From Antechinus flavipes (taxonomy: Eukaryota), in assembly GCF_016432865.1 (NCBI RefSeq), contig NC_067400.1:78244001-78308000 (forward strand): 64,000 nt of DNA, written 5' to 3'. Shown here piece by piece: positions 13,728 through 27,066 of this stretch. Both the position numbers and the translations under genes were made by a program. Each line of letters begins with the position of its first letter. Position 1 is the stretch's first letter. Under the pieces are notes generated by a model. The model saw only the letters and a list, made by a program, of their open reading frames with translations. It was not told the origin of the DNA and did no database searches.

Positions 13728-13924
13728 CAAATCTATATCATGTAAGACACAGTACCAATGTATCATGGTGACCTTCTTTTCAAAAAGTTTAACTGGAAAA
13801 GGAAGATATAAGTTAATTATAAAACTAAATATCATAGCTACCCAACTACTCAGAATCTAGCTTAATTGCAATTTCTTTCATCTAGGATAAGCAAAGAACC
13901 AGGAATAAGCAAAAGTAATCTAAC

Positions 13925-14320
13925 TGATGTGGAACATGGACATTAATCAGCAACTTTAATCTATCCAACCAGTTTCCATTGCCACAGAGTTAAACCAACT
14001 TAGGAGACTATGCTAATTAGCATATTTTAAGATATTCACAGAGCCAAAGTTATATGGACTCTATCAGACCCTTTGTTAGCCCCTCCCCAAATCTCCCCTA
14101 ACTCTTCCCCTTATTCCCTAGACCCTGCCTTTATTTCCCTATTTTCCCCTCCAACTATAAAAGCCCCACTGCTAGAAGCCCACTGCTTAATTATATATTA
14201 TATATATTGTCTTGCTTAGTCACATTTGGGTGAACCCGTGTACCATTTCATGTAACAAATGGAATCCTTTGGCCATGATAAATCAGTTCATGTCTTGAAC
14301 TATTCTCCCATCTAATAACA
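13925..14320 (+). mobile_element. Possible degenerate solo LTR
   Basis: C-rich U3-like tract, TATAAAA at 14156-14162, and an end at ...AATAACA (14320). The 5' end and TSD could not be resolved. Confidence 0.25.
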
Positions 14321-14427
14321 TGGTATTTCATTTAAATTATACTATTTCATAACCACCTATATAATGCATCCATCCATTCAATCAACATTTATTAAGTGTC
14401 TACTGTGTAAGAATCTATAGGCTAAAC

Positions 14428-14587
14428 CAGGGGTCCTCAAACTTTTTAAATAGGGGGCCAGTTCACTGTCCCTCAGACTGTTGGAGGGCCAGACTATAGT
14501 AAAAACAAAACTTTGTTTTATAGACCTTTAAATAAAGAATTTTCATAGCCCTGGGTGAGGGGGCTGGCCATAGTCTGAGGACCCCTG
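14428..14587. mobile_element. hAT MITE, OC1/OposCharlie type, internally deleted
   Basis: TIRs CAGGGGTCCTCA...TGAGGACCCCTG; 8-bp TSD GGCTAAAC/GGTTAAAC. Confidence 0.88.
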
Positions 14588-15469
14588 GGTTAAACACTGA
14601 AAGAGAAAGTTTAAAGACACACCTATCATCATCAAAGTAATCACAAATAACTAACAGACAACATTATAAAATATAACAGTGTTGCATACAAAATGCCAAA
14701 TAAATGAAATCCAGAGGGAAAATAAGTGATACCAAAAACTTCATGTACCAAGCTCATGTATTTTATAGTTAAGTGCAGCTTGCTCACAAGTAAAACTAAT
14801 TTTTTTATTAATACCATCACTCAATAAGTATTAACTAAGAAATAACTGTGATCTCAGGTATTGTGCTAGGAATCGGGAATATAAGTACAAAAAAAGAAAC
14901 AATTCCTAAATCGAATAAGCTTAGATTTTTAAGGAGGAAAGAAGTACATATAAAATACATACAATATAATTAGAAAACTAACAAAATACAAGTATATACA
15001 AAATAATGGAGCACAAAAAGTTTTAGGAAAAATACTAGCAGTTGGAGAAATCAGAAAAGTCTTTTCTCCCTTTTCCACCTCCCCCTTACATTGAAAAGAA
15101 AAAAAACTCTTCAAAGAAATATGATTAGTAAGGCAAACAAATTTTCCCAATGGCCACATCAAAAATGCACCCTCGTTTCATCAGACCTGCCAGAAATATG
15201 TAGCATCTATCATCACTGGTACTTGGAATTATGGCTGGCCGTTAAAATTATCAATGTTTTTAAGTCCTTCATAAATTGTCTTTATGATGCTTCTATTATT
15301 GTATAAATTGTTGTTCTGATTCTGCTTATTTCATTCTGCATGACTTTTCCCATATTTCTCTGAAATTATCCCTTTTGTCACTTCCTGTGGCATAACAGTA
15401 TTTGATTACATTCACATAACTAAGCTATATCTTAAAAAGTAGAGAGGGATTCTGCAGTGGAAATAAGAA

Positions 15470-15760
15470 GATTTGTCCTTCACTCTCGAAGAGGATCATG
15501 ACATGAGAAAAGTGATGTCATGATCTGCAAGTGAGCTGAATTTAAGTGAGAGTGAAAAGACACTAACCTTACTTTCCTCCAGAGCCATCTGGGTCCAGTG
15601 GTAAGGTATAGATTAACACAGCTAGAGATGGCCCTAGATGCTGTGAGAGACCTTGGCCTTTTTGAGCTAAGAGCAGTCTTCCCAGGTCTCACTTTGTCTG
15701 AAGCAAAGCCCATTCAGTGATTAAGGCTAAGTAAGAAATGAGACAGAGAATGGCCTCTTT
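15470..15760 (-). mobile_element. Marsupial SINE, WALLSI4/MdoRep1-like (name tentative); related pieces at ~4310-4580, 6705-6840, 7190-7260, 16195-16370, 55885-55950
   Basis: Shared motif ttgtccttca..gaagaggaccatgacatca...gaatttaagtgag across the copies. Confidence 0.6.
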
Positions 15761-15925
15761 TACCTAGTTTAAAACACAACTGGGAGAAAATCCTCAGGGA
15801 TTTTGACCAAAATAGAAAACAATTGTGGACTCACTCAGCCATCAGAGTCCAACAATGACCAAAAAGAGGTTTGAGCTGGGACCTACTGTCAGCCAATCAA
15901 GGAGAGCCAAAGGGATTTGGGGTTC

Positions 15926-16079
15926 TTTTGTTTGTTTGGTTCTGCTGAGGCAATTGGGGTTAAGTGACTTGCCCAGGGTGACACAACTAGGAAGTATTAA
16001 AGGTCTAAGGCTGGATTTGAACTCAGGTCCTCCTGACTTCAGGGCTGTTGCTCTATCCACTACACCATCTAGCTGCCCC
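15926..16079 (-). mobile_element. tRNA-derived CORE-SINE (WSINE1/Mar1-like)
   Basis: Antisense GGGGCAGCTAGATGGTGTAGTGGATAGAGC...GAGTTCAAATCC...GGGCAAGTCACTTAACCCCAATTGCCTC. Confidence 0.88.
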
Positions 16080-16804
16080 TTAAGGCATGATTCTTTAAAA
16101 AAAAAAAAAAAAAAATCTAGTACATAATCCCCAAGATCTCTCAAGAGGTTTCTGCGTCAAAGCTTGTATTGTTTTGTGCATGAGACTGTACACTGAAGGC
16201 ATTTGTCCTTCCTTCTCCAAGAGGACCATGACTTCACAGAGTTGATGCCATAACTTGCAAGGCAGTGAGGCAGAGCTACGAAAAGTCACTTGCCCCACTC
16301 TCTCAGAGGTCATTTGGGTCCTTTGAGAATATACAGATCAGGATAGCTGGAGAAAGCAGTCAGTCATGAGGGACAGCCAATGCAAAAGAACCAATACTCG
16401 AGAAGGATTATCATGTTTGACCAACAGAAGGCTAGTTTGGCAGGACTGCAAAGATTGGGGAGGAGAGTAAAAGCCCAATGAAACTGGAAAGACAGGACAA
16501 GGAAAGTTACATAGGGCTTTAAGAGCTAAACAGAGGTGGTTTTATATTTTGTCCTAGAGCAGCTATATAGAGCTAAGAGCAGTCACAATGTCAGATTTGT
16601 ACTTAAAGAAAAATATTTTGACAGCTATGTGTAGGACACATAGGCCCATTAAGGTGGTTGTTGCAATACACAGTTCTAGGGGTCTAGGGGTCAGACCAAC
16701 CATGAAAAATTAAGATTTCAAATAAGGTGTTAATAGCAGTGCTTAAAAATAACCAAAGTAACCAAACAACTATGGAGTGTTCTCAACCTCTTCTTCTCTT
16801 CCCA

Positions 16805-16849
<45 letters not shown>

Positions 16850-17779
16850 TATATGGACAACTTAAAGAGCCTAAGATATTCCTGAGAAAAAAGGCATTAC
16901 TCTTAGTAATGGAGAAGAAAAAATAAAAATATCATGCTTAATCACATATTATGTATGTAGCCTATAACTTTTATCAGAATGTGATAAAGCCAATACTAAA
17001 ACCGTCTTTAGGAGAAGTGAAATAGACTAGAAGCAGCAGCTGAGTATATCTAAATTCCAGGTCCATTCCAGAAATAGTGCCATTGTGATAATTGTCCGAA
17101 GTGGGCAACACAGTACAGCAGAAAGAGCACTGGCTTCAAAGCATCTGGATTCAAACAGGAACTTGGGCCTTAGACTAAAACTCCAGGGGCCAGTTATTTT
17201 ATATAGATGCATGATCTTCCTTTGGAAAATATGGATCATAATTTCATGAATAATGCCAATATGTAATTTATGCTACAGTCAGTAATACACTCTAAGAGTA
17301 TATACTACCAAAGCAAAAAGATGTTAGTGCAGACAGATAGGAACCAGACAGCTTCCTGACTGTCTCCTTGCTTTGTTTCTCATCCCTCCACTCTGTCCTT
17401 AGTGATGCTGCCGCTAAAGTAATTTTCTTTATGTGCTGATCAGATCATATGACCAACCTGACTAACTCCAGTGGTTTCTTTTATCTTTAAAATAAAATGT
17501 AAATTTTGCATACAGGCCTCTATAACCTGGCCCCATCTGAACTTGCTAGTATTAGGGGGCATCACCATACCTGCGCTCTGTCTGCTCCTTACTCCCCACA
17601 TTCTCTTTCCTGTTCCAAAGCCTTAGCTCCAACAATACCTCAAACATGGACCATCCACTCCCTGACTTACTTCTACTTTAAAGTCCCTTTCTTCCTTTCA
17701 GATACAGCCCAGGTCTTTCCTGGGCTTTCATCTACACAAAGCTTTTCCTGATCCTCAGATTCTAGTGCCCTCCGTATAA

Positions 17780-17781
17780 TA

Positions 17782-17817
<36 letters not shown>

Positions 17818-18120
17818 TATCAGCTTATTTAATACTACATTATAATGTATTATAGATTACATTATATATAATGTATTAATTATATATTTATTATTAATTA
17901 TATATTAATATATTGTTATTATATTATTATAATAATATTATTATATTATTATAATAATATAATAATATTGTATTATGTTAATTATAATATTAATTATTAT
18001 GTTATTATTAATTATTATTATAATAATTAATTATAGATTATACATACATATATGTATGTGTGTATATACATATACATGTGTGTATATAAATATATAAAAC
18101 AAAATTAAATACATATACAC
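17780..18120. repeat. AT-rich low-complexity tract containing several perfect palindromes
   Basis: Perfect 36-bp palindrome at 17934-17969, plus 14-18-bp palindromes at 17836, 17858, 17921 and 18042. Confidence 0.9.
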
Positions 18121-18171
18121 ACAAAATAATTAGGTAGAAACATTTGGTAGGTAGAAACATATATACATGTT

Positions 18172-18214
<43 letters not shown>

Positions 18215-18631
18215 GATTCCCCCAGCAAATAAGCTCACAGTTAGTATGGAATAAAATGTGCTACCCACCTCTGTTGAAGAAGAGGAATCAAGAAAACAGA
18301 ATGAGATAGATGTAAAAACACCAATGCAGAATGGTGTTTTGTTTGCTTATACATGCTGTGACAAGAGTTTTCTTTTTCTTACTTTTTTTAAAGACATACA
18401 AAGAAAAAAAATAAGAGGCTGAAAAAATTTACTATGCTTTAAGTAAATCCAAAAAAGCAGCAGCTGCAATCATGCTAACAAAGCAAAAACAAGTATTTAA
18501 AACATAAAAAGGATTAACAAAGAAAACTATATTACACTGTAAGAACCAGAGACAACAAACCAATGTCAATATTAAACTCATATTCTCCAACTAACTGAGG
18601 TTAAGATCTAAATTCACATAATGAACATTAC

Positions 18632-18686
18632 CTGAGCTACAAGACGACAAGAATTTTTGGTGTCTCTCCCTCACTTCTGGATAAAT
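18632..18686 (-). other. Candidate 55-nt 5'UTR exon within an antisense old L1
   Basis: Acceptor tttgttttatcttttcattAG| and donor CAG|GTAATG. The surrounding sequence resembles the L1 ORF2 endonuclease region on the plus strand. Confidence 0.3.
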
Positions 18687-20511
18687 CTAATGAAAAGATA
18701 AAACAAATGAGAAAATACAGACCTGAACAAATTGCTAAAGAAGCTAGACCTAAAAAAACTTATGGCATATTATAAATAAGACTGTAAAACAATATTTGTA
18801 TTTCCTAGCACCAGAATGAACATTTTACTTTTGACCACATGAGAGATATTATTAACAAATGAAAAACAGTAGAAATATAGACACAACCCTACAGACAAAA
18901 CTAATAAAAATAGTCATTGGTTCTAGGATCACAAACAAAAGATTCAGAGATTTAACAATAATAATCTAATGAGGGTGTCAAAGAACAAATCATAGAAACA
19001 ATAGTTATGTGTGAGAAAATGATAATGAAAAAACATACCAAAATTTTGAAGGTTCAGGTAAAGCATCCTTAAATAAACCTAAAATAAATATAAGAAGACA
19101 ATATTGTAAATTGGAAAAGAAAAAGAATATAGATATGATAATCTATAATTAATAGATAGGAATAAATAAGCTAATAAAATCTAGATCTCCAGAAAGACTA
19201 ATAAAAGTGATAAATCTTTTGCTAATCTGATTAAAACAGACAGAAAATCAAATCAATGAAATATAAAATTAACCAAGTGAAATTACAACAAAATCAGAAT
19301 AAAAAGAATCATAACATATGCAGTTATGTGCCAACAAAATCGCAAACACCAAAGAAATGAGTAACTTTAAAAATATAAAATATTCAAACTATCAAAAGAC
19401 CAGATAGAGACCTTCCCTAATACAATTTCAGAATAGAAAATATAACTAGTTTTAAAGGACCTACTAAAGGGGGGGAGGGGAGAGAATTGATCTGATGGAT
19501 TCAAATGAGAAATTTAATTTCTCCTCTAAATTAAAGAACAGTTGGTACAAAGATTTTACCAGCTATTCTCAAAAACTAAGAAATAGAAAGAAGCCCTTTA
19601 TGAAACAGACCTAAAACCTAAACCAGGGAAAAATAAAATACAAAAAAGAAAACCAAAAGCCCATATACTAATAAATAATGACTCAAAAATTTTAAACCAG
19701 AACTTGTCAGACTATTGTAATTTATCCTAGGAATTACTCATTATAGCCAAATTGGATTTATACCAGAGATGCAAGCATGATTCAACCTTAAGAAAGCTAT
19801 CAACATCATTAATATTAAAAACAAATACATCCAAAACCACATGAGCATCAAGAGATGAACAGCCTTTGCCTTTGACAAAGTGCAACAGAGTCTTATGTTG
19901 AAAACCCTACAAAGATTAGGGATACAGAGATACTTTTTAGTATCATAAAAATTACCTAGATAAATCCAAAAGCAAACATCATATGTAATGTGGATACACT
20001 AGAATCTTTCCTAATACCTTGAAGCAAGGATGCCCACTCTCCCCACCATTATGTTATATAGGTCTGGAACTGCTAGCAACCATAACAAGAAAAAATAAGA
20101 TATTAAAGGCATAAAGATAGGCAAAAAGGAGCTAAAACTATCAATTAACTTAAAAAACGCCCTACTGTGTACCAGGTACTGATGATACAACTTAGAAAAT
20201 CCTATCAACAAAGACATTAAGACAATTATAATGGTTTCAACAAAGTTGCAGACTATTTAAACCCTCAAAAATCAACCATTTTTCTATAGAACTTTCAAAT
20301 CTCAAACTATATCAAAATTATTTATTATTAGTTGGAAAAATAGAAAAATCAATGAATGGAAGAGACTGGACAAGGTAAAATCAGAAACAAGACAATTCAA
20401 CAACTCATTGTTTGAGAAGCGAAAAATATGTTATCCAAGGAAAAAACTCCTTATTTGATTAAAAAAAAAATTTTTTTTGAGAAAACAAAAGTTTAGATAT
20501 TAGGCTAAGAC

Positions 20512-20693
20512 CACGAGTCCTCAAACTACGGCCACGGGCCAGATGCGGCAGCTGAGGACTTTTATCCCCCTCACTCAGAGCTATGAAGTCTCTTTATTTA
20601 AAGGCCCACAAAACAAAGTTTTTGTTTTTACTATAGTCCGGCCCTCCAACAGTCAGTAAATTGGCCCCCTATTTAAAAGTTTGAGGACACCTG
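20512..20693. mobile_element. hAT MITE, OC1 type, nested in an old L1
   Basis: Degenerate TIRs CACGAGTCCTCAAACT...AGTTTGAGGACACCTG; 8-bp TSD GCTAAGAC/GCTTAGAC. Opposite orientation to the 14428 copy. Confidence 0.85.
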
Positions 20694-21585
20694 GCTTAGA
20701 CCAACACCTTATACCATATTTCACAATGCATTCTAAATGGATACAGGACCTTAATATCATGATAAGAATACCAGAAGGGAAGCAGATCACATACCTCATC
20801 CAGCTGTGGGTAGGAGATGTATTCTCAAGCAAACAATAGAGAAAACTACAAAAGATAAGAGAGATAATCCATATTACTTGAAACCAAAGCAGAGACAAAA
20901 TCTATGTACCTAAGAAAGGAAGCAACTGAATGAGAAAAAAATCTTTGTAATAAATTACTCAGATACAAATTTGATATTCCAGATATATAAATAATTAACA
21001 AATATATGTAAGAGTAATAGCTATTCCCCAAAAGACAAAAATAAACCTTTCTTAAAAGATGTATTTACAGCCACATAAAAAACTGCTCCAAATCACTAAA
21101 GAGAAATGCAAATCAAAAACATCCTTGAGGCTTCACCTCACAGACAGAAAACTGGCAAAGCTGATTTTAAAAATGGTAATAATCAACGTTGGAGGAACTG
21201 TGGAATGATAAGCACACTAATACACTGTTGCTGGAGCTGTGGGGAAAAAAAAAATTTCAAATTTCTTAAATAAAGTGACTAAGATATCCAAACCCTTCGA
21301 ACTAGAGATTCCATTACTAGGCTTATACCTTAAAGAAGCTATTAAGAAAGCCCCTATATAAACCAAAATATTTATAGCAGAACTTTTTGGAAACAAAGTA
21401 GAAAGAAGCCTATCAATTGAGAAATAGCAAAGCAAATTGTGGAACATGAATGTATTAGATTACTAGTATATTCTAAGAGTGATGAATGTAATAAATATAG
21501 AGAAATGCAGATTTCCATGAACTGAGTGATATTGATTTTTTTCTCATCCTTCACTCCCCACCTTTTAAAATCAATATTATATATA

Positions 21586-22570
21586 GGGCAACTAAAAGGT
21601 AAAGTGGATGGAGTGCTTGGCCTGGAATCAGGAAGCCTCATGTTCCTAAGTTCAAATCTGGCTTCAGACACTTACTTGCTATGTAACCCTATCATTTCAC
21701 CCCGTTTGCCTCAGCTTCCTCATCTGTAAAATGAGCAGAAGAAGGAAATGGCAAACCACTCCAGTATTTTTGCCAAGAAAACTCCAGATGGGACCAGGAA
21801 GAGTTGGACGTGACTGAACAACAATTTGTTATATGTGCTAGCTCTCTGGGACAGAGAAGGTGAGGGATTCTGGAGAAAACTAACTTGATATAAAAAAAAA
21901 AAGTCAGGGCAGCTAGGTCACACAGTGGTTATAACGAGCACCAGCCCTGAAGTCAAGAGGACTCCAGTTCAAATCTGATCTTAGATATTTAACAATTCCT
22001 AGTGGTGTGACCCTGGGCAAGCCACTTAACCCCAATTGCCTCAGGGGGGGAAAAAAAAAAAAAGGAAGAAAAAAGAAAAAAGTCATCAGATATAAAAACA
22101 TATCTAAATTCTTAAAAAGTTATATATAAAAGAGATTAAAAGTTCCTATTTCTCTTCTTGGTATATGGAAATGCTGGTGCTCCTGATGTTTGTCCCAGTA
22201 CCTGGCACATCACTGGTACGTAATAAATGTTTACTAATTTATTGAAAAACAAAAAATGAACATGAAAAAAGTTTAATGATGTGATATTGTCAAAATATAT
22301 AATGTCCTAGCACTAGAGGATTTGGATCTAGAATGCACTTCAGAGATCATTTAGTCTCATCTCAGTGGATAAAGTGCCAGAGTCTAGAGTCAGGAAGGCT
22401 TTCTTTCAAATGTGACCTCAGACACTTATTAGCTGGGTGATCCTGGACAAGTCATTTCACCCCATTTGCCTATTTCCTCATTTGTAAAATGAGCTGGAGA
22501 AGGAAATGGCATACTACTCTAGTATCCCTGCCAAGAAAACCCCAAATGAGGTCCCAGAAAATCAGAATAA
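21586..22570 (+). mobile_element. Cluster of three CORE-SINEs (21586-21824, 21907-22075, ~22358-22570)
   Basis: A/B-box heads and the CORE domain. The middle copy has TSD AAAAAAGTCA (21897-21906, 22076-22085). Confidence 0.85.
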
Positions 22571-23389
22571 CTTCCTGACTCCAACCAACACTTTATCATC
22601 AACTGCAATAGGAGCTAGTATGTGTATATATAGTGCTTTACAGATTGCAAAATGTTCCATGCTGTTTTATGTGAGGTAACACAGAATGAGATACTTACAC
22701 AAATGAGCTGAAGCCAAACTTGATAGAAGTTTGTATGTTAGAAATTTATACTTTAATCTATAGGTAATGAGTAAACACTGAATAGAGAAGAATGATAAAG
22801 CAGCAAAGTGTTGGAAGGAAGGATTACTCAGGCAGCCATGCAGAAGTCAGAGTGGAGAGGGGACAGCCTGAAGGGGGCAAAAATAGTTACTATGAGTATA
22901 CTCTACACTAAAGTGAGGGTCTGAATTATTATGATGGTGGTTGTTGTCCAAAGGAGGAAAGGGTCACTATGAAGGTAGAAAGAGGAACTGGCAACTAATT
23001 GGAAAGAGAAAGAGAAGTTAAAGATGACTTCTGGATCATGTATATGGGGATAAAGGGACGGGATGAAATAAAACCCAAAATAGGTGAGACTATCAAGGGA
23101 GAAGAACTATAAAATGTACAACAGCAGCCTTAGGGCAGTATCTAGTTTTTCAAAAAAGAAAGAAGCTAATGAGGATTAAAAAAGAGAACTATCTGTTTAT
23201 ATGATATGCCTTCATTTTACAGATTAGTAAACTGAAAGCCAAAGAGATAACTTGAAATATCCAAAAACTTATACAGGTTCGGAAGTTGTCAGAAAGGGAC
23301 TGAAATCCAAGTTATCTAATTCCACAATTAATTATTTCCATGACCTAACAATGTCATGTTAAAGAAATCATAGAATGCCTTTGAGAAAT

Positions 23390-24960
23390 AAAGAATGACA
23401 AATAATTGGAAAGATGATTCATTACTTATGTTTGGAATATGGCAATATGATAAAAAAAATGGTATTATCTAAATTCATTCACAGACTTAGTATGTTATAA
23501 AACTTCCAAAGAGATATTTTATATAACTAGACAGAAAAATAATTCATTTGAAAGAATAAAAAGTCTGCAATCTTCAAAGAAAAAAAGTGGAGGTGAAGAG
23601 GGAATATAATAGCACTTCTACACCTCAACTTTTATTCTATAAAGATTAATTAAAACCATTTAGTACTGATTTTTTAAATTGAAAATAAAAACAAATCAGT
23701 AAAAAGACAAACAAGTAAACTCAAAAACAAAATGTAGAAACATAAATAATAAATTATTTCACAAAAATTCCCTATCTGCAAAGATTTTCTGAGAAGATTA
23801 AAAAAGTAGTTTGGCAAAATTTTGATTTAGAATAAACCAGTATCTCACAGCATATGCCACAATAAAAGCAAAATGCATCCATACAATGAATACTAAAGAT
23901 CACACCATAAAAAATTATAAGAGACATAGATCAGATATATTCAGTTATAGCTAGGGAAATGATCACTTAATTAAGGAATAAGGAAAAGGAAGCTAAAAAC
24001 AGGTCATTTCAAATAAGTGAAATTTAAAAGTTTTGCACAAATAAATCAACACAACTAAGAAAAGGGAAGTATAAATAAATCAAGGAGGAAAAAATCTTCA
24101 AGATATATTAAATATCTAATAATGGATCAGATACCAAGATAAAGACTAACAGTCATACAAGACAAAGAGTTACTCTCCAAGGATAGTAAGTAAAGGACTT
24201 GAATAAATATTTCTCAAAAGAATTATAAACTATTAATAGCTATATGCAAGAATGTTAAGTGACTAATAATGAGATATTCAAATTAGAACAAATAAGGTAT
24301 CACTTTACATAGAGCAAAGTGTCAAAGAAAGCCGTAAAGTCAATGTAGGAGTGGCAGCAGAAGGGTACACTAATACACTAATAAAGCTATGAATTATTCC
24401 AAATATCAGGAAAGCAATTTTAAGTAACTAAATAAATACATCTATATTCTTTATCTATAGACCACACTGGTAAGGCATATACTTCCCCTACACTAATAAC
24501 GAAGATCAAAGACATAAAAATCCTATATAGTCCCAAAAGTCTTGGCAGAACTTTTTGTAAAAAGAAATAAACAGAAAAAAAGTAGATGCCCAACAACTAG
24601 TTAACTAAACAAGTTATGTAAATGAAATGGAATATTGATGCTCTGTAATAACCAAATAATGAACTGAGAAAAGGATAGGAAGACCTAAGAAATGATGCAA
24701 TGTAAAAAGACCAGGAAAATAAAACTCCCCAATACTGTACGATTATGAAAGAACAGATGAAAAAATGTGCTTCCCTGTCCTGTTTGCAGAAAGCATATGA
24801 GCATATACACATGAAACTGACTTCATATTTTGCTGTGTTAGATTTGTAAAACTACTTTTTAGTTTTTTCCCCTTTGCTTTTCAGTTTTTCTTCCAAGTGG
24901 GACAGGGGAAAGGGTGAGGGAAATACGTGAAAATAAGGTTATCAATAAATAAAATTTAAA
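23390..24960 (+). mobile_element. Old L1 ORF2 3' half and 3'UTR remnant
   Basis: Degenerate L1 ORF2-like A-rich sequence ending in a G-rich 3'UTR and aataaa. Confidence 0.65.
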
Positions 24961-26081
24961 TCAATGAAAATAACGAGGGAAGATTCCAGAGCACTGCTAA
25001 TGAAAGATCTCTCAGCTCTCAGTTGAGTAGATACCTTCACTAAACCTTCAAGTGCAGTTTGGTTGTTACACCATGTGTCAAGATTCAATGGAGAGGGCAA
25101 GGAGAAAAAAGATTGGGAAAATGATTGTCACAAAACAAAAGGCAACAAAAGTTTTAAAAATATAAATAGAATAGCAGTGTGGAAAGCAAACCAAGAGAAG
25201 AACCACAAGGAAGGATGCTCCAAGATGTTAAAAGGCTCAGAAGAGAAAAATCCCGGGAGACTAGTCAGTAACAAGTCATGGACAACCCGCAAAAGCATTT
25301 TCAGCAGTCAGAAAAGCGGGCAGCCTACGGGTAAGGGAATGAGGAAACGAAAGCCTCCAGGGAGAAGGGTCGAGGGGCAAGGAAATGGCAGCAGAGGTAA
25401 CAGAACGGAGGATTATTTTGCTTTTAAAGGCCGGAGGGAACCTGAGCCTAAAGGAGCCGCGGGAAGGAAAATGCAGGATTCTGGAGACAAAAAAGGGCCA
25501 CTCACTAAAGGACCAAGACCCCGCCGCGGTGACAGGTGGAAGGGCTGCATCCCCGAACCTTGTCTGGAGAATTAAACGGAGACCAGAGAGGCGCTACCTA
25601 GCGGCGGCCCACGGCGGCCCGCGCAGTTCCGAAGCAGCGCCACGGACGGCATCCCAGGGCTCTGGCCGTGAACGCGGGGGCTGCATCGTGCTCCTGGAGA
25701 ACCAGAGGGAAAGGAGGCACAGCCGCAGACGCCCCACTCCGAGGGCTCCCCCGCCGCCAAGGAGTGCGGAGGACGCGGACAGGGGCCCCGGGGGGCCGGG
25801 ACTGCGGCGCTCAGTCCGTCTCTCCTCTGTCGATCTGTCTTCCAGCTGCCTCCCTTCCTCTCTCCTTTCCCTCCTCACGCAGGCGTGAGTCCAGTTTAGA
25901 GAAAAGCCACCAGGCAGTGGGAAGAGGGGGAGGGGCCGAGAAAGACGTGGGGAGGGGGAGAAATCAGCGCAAAAGCTGGAGAGCTGGAGGAGGCCCCGAG
26001 TGCGCGTCCGACAAGCGGGAGTAGCAGCCAGTGCAAAGCGAGACTAGGCGGCCGCTGCCTCCCGGTGCCCGAGCGGGCTAA

Positions 26082-26102
26082 GCCCCGCCCCTTAGGTGGC
26101 GC
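26082..26102 (+). promoter_or_regulatory. GC box with an overlapping CTCF-like motif
   Basis: GCCCCGCCCC at 26082-26091. CCCTTAGGTGGCGC at 26089-26102 has two mismatches to CCASYAGRKGGCRS. Confidence 0.3.
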
Positions 26103-26885
26103 GCGATCGGGGGCGGCCGTGAGCCCCCAGCCTGGCGAAGTAGATGGTGGGCGGACACCAGTTCCGAGCCGCGTCCCGTAGAGCCGAGGGCCCCAAGGCA
26201 CCTTTCCGGCCGACGGGAGGGGACGCCCCACGGTAGTCTAGGGGCCCCCACGCGGAGTAAACGGGGGAGCCTTGGGCCCTTATCTTCTACCCATCCCCTC
26301 CCCCTCCCTGACACTCACCTCAGCCGAGTCCCTCGCGGACTCCTTCCGGGCCGCAGAGGGGTCGGAGCTGAGGGAGGGGGGAAAGGGGGGTGCTTTCTCT
26401 TCCTTTTCCGGGGTCAGTGAGGCGGGGAGCGCCCAGGCTAAGGGAGGTGAGGGGCGGAAGGGAAAGAGGGAGAATAGCAGAGGTCGGCTCGCACAAGCCC
26501 CCACTCTCCCCAAGGGAAGAAACGGGGCTGCGTGGCCGCTGTCCGGCGCGCTCACCCAGGATGGGCTGGGGGATTTGCGACAGCCTTGACAACCCAGTCG
26601 GGATTGGGCGCCAGCAGGCGGTGACCCCACCCCCAGCTGCGCAGCCGCTCGGTTCCCGGCTGGGCCTGCAGCCAGGCTACCCGCCACAGTATTCACAGAT
26701 CGCTCTGGACCCTCTCAGCATCAGCGTCGAGGATGCGGAGCTTATCGGGATCGGTCCCCTCTCTCTCAGGTGGCTATGCCCACCCCCGCAAAGGGCTGAC
26801 GCAAAGAGGGCAGGCCCAGAGGGGAACCTGAAATCCCCCTCCCCAAAAAATGACCACACTCACCCACCCACTTAACGAAGTCCAG

Positions 26886-27066
26886 CCAATCTCCGATTAC
26901 CGATCAGAAAAGAGCCCTCGCAGCTAGACAAGTCCTCTCGACTGCGACTTCAGATCCAAAAGGAGGCGATCCTATGACGTCATTTACAATAGCTTTTTCG
27001 CGTCATAACTGTTAGGCAGCTCGAGCGATGGACCCCCGGAGTCCGGAAGCCCCGCATTCACACGTG
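26886..27066. promoter_or_regulatory. Proximal promoter motif cluster (CCAAT, CRE, half-CRE, ETS, E-box)
   Basis: CCAAT 26886-26890, TGACGTCA 26975-26982, CGTCA 27001-27005, CCGGAAG 27043-27049 and CACGTG 27061-27066, all at the distal edge of the island. Confidence 0.65.

Larger units (their letters stand above)
18560..21520 (+). mobile_element. Old, heavily deleted L1 ORF2 remnant
   Basis: Collinear degenerate ORF2 landmarks (endonuclease end, ccagggatgcaag-like motif, gcctttgacaaa, ...cccctttgac) with many stops. Confidence 0.75.

Noticed and set aside
25847-25885. Plus-strand acceptor/donor pair inside the CpG island
   Set aside because: It is explained by a pyrimidine-rich island segment, and I identified no plus-strand partner exons.
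25063-26875. Many overlapping 60-170 aa ORFs on both strands
   Set aside because: These are Arg/Gly/Pro/Ala-rich products of stop-poor CpG-island sequence with no recognisable domain; several use non-ATG starts.
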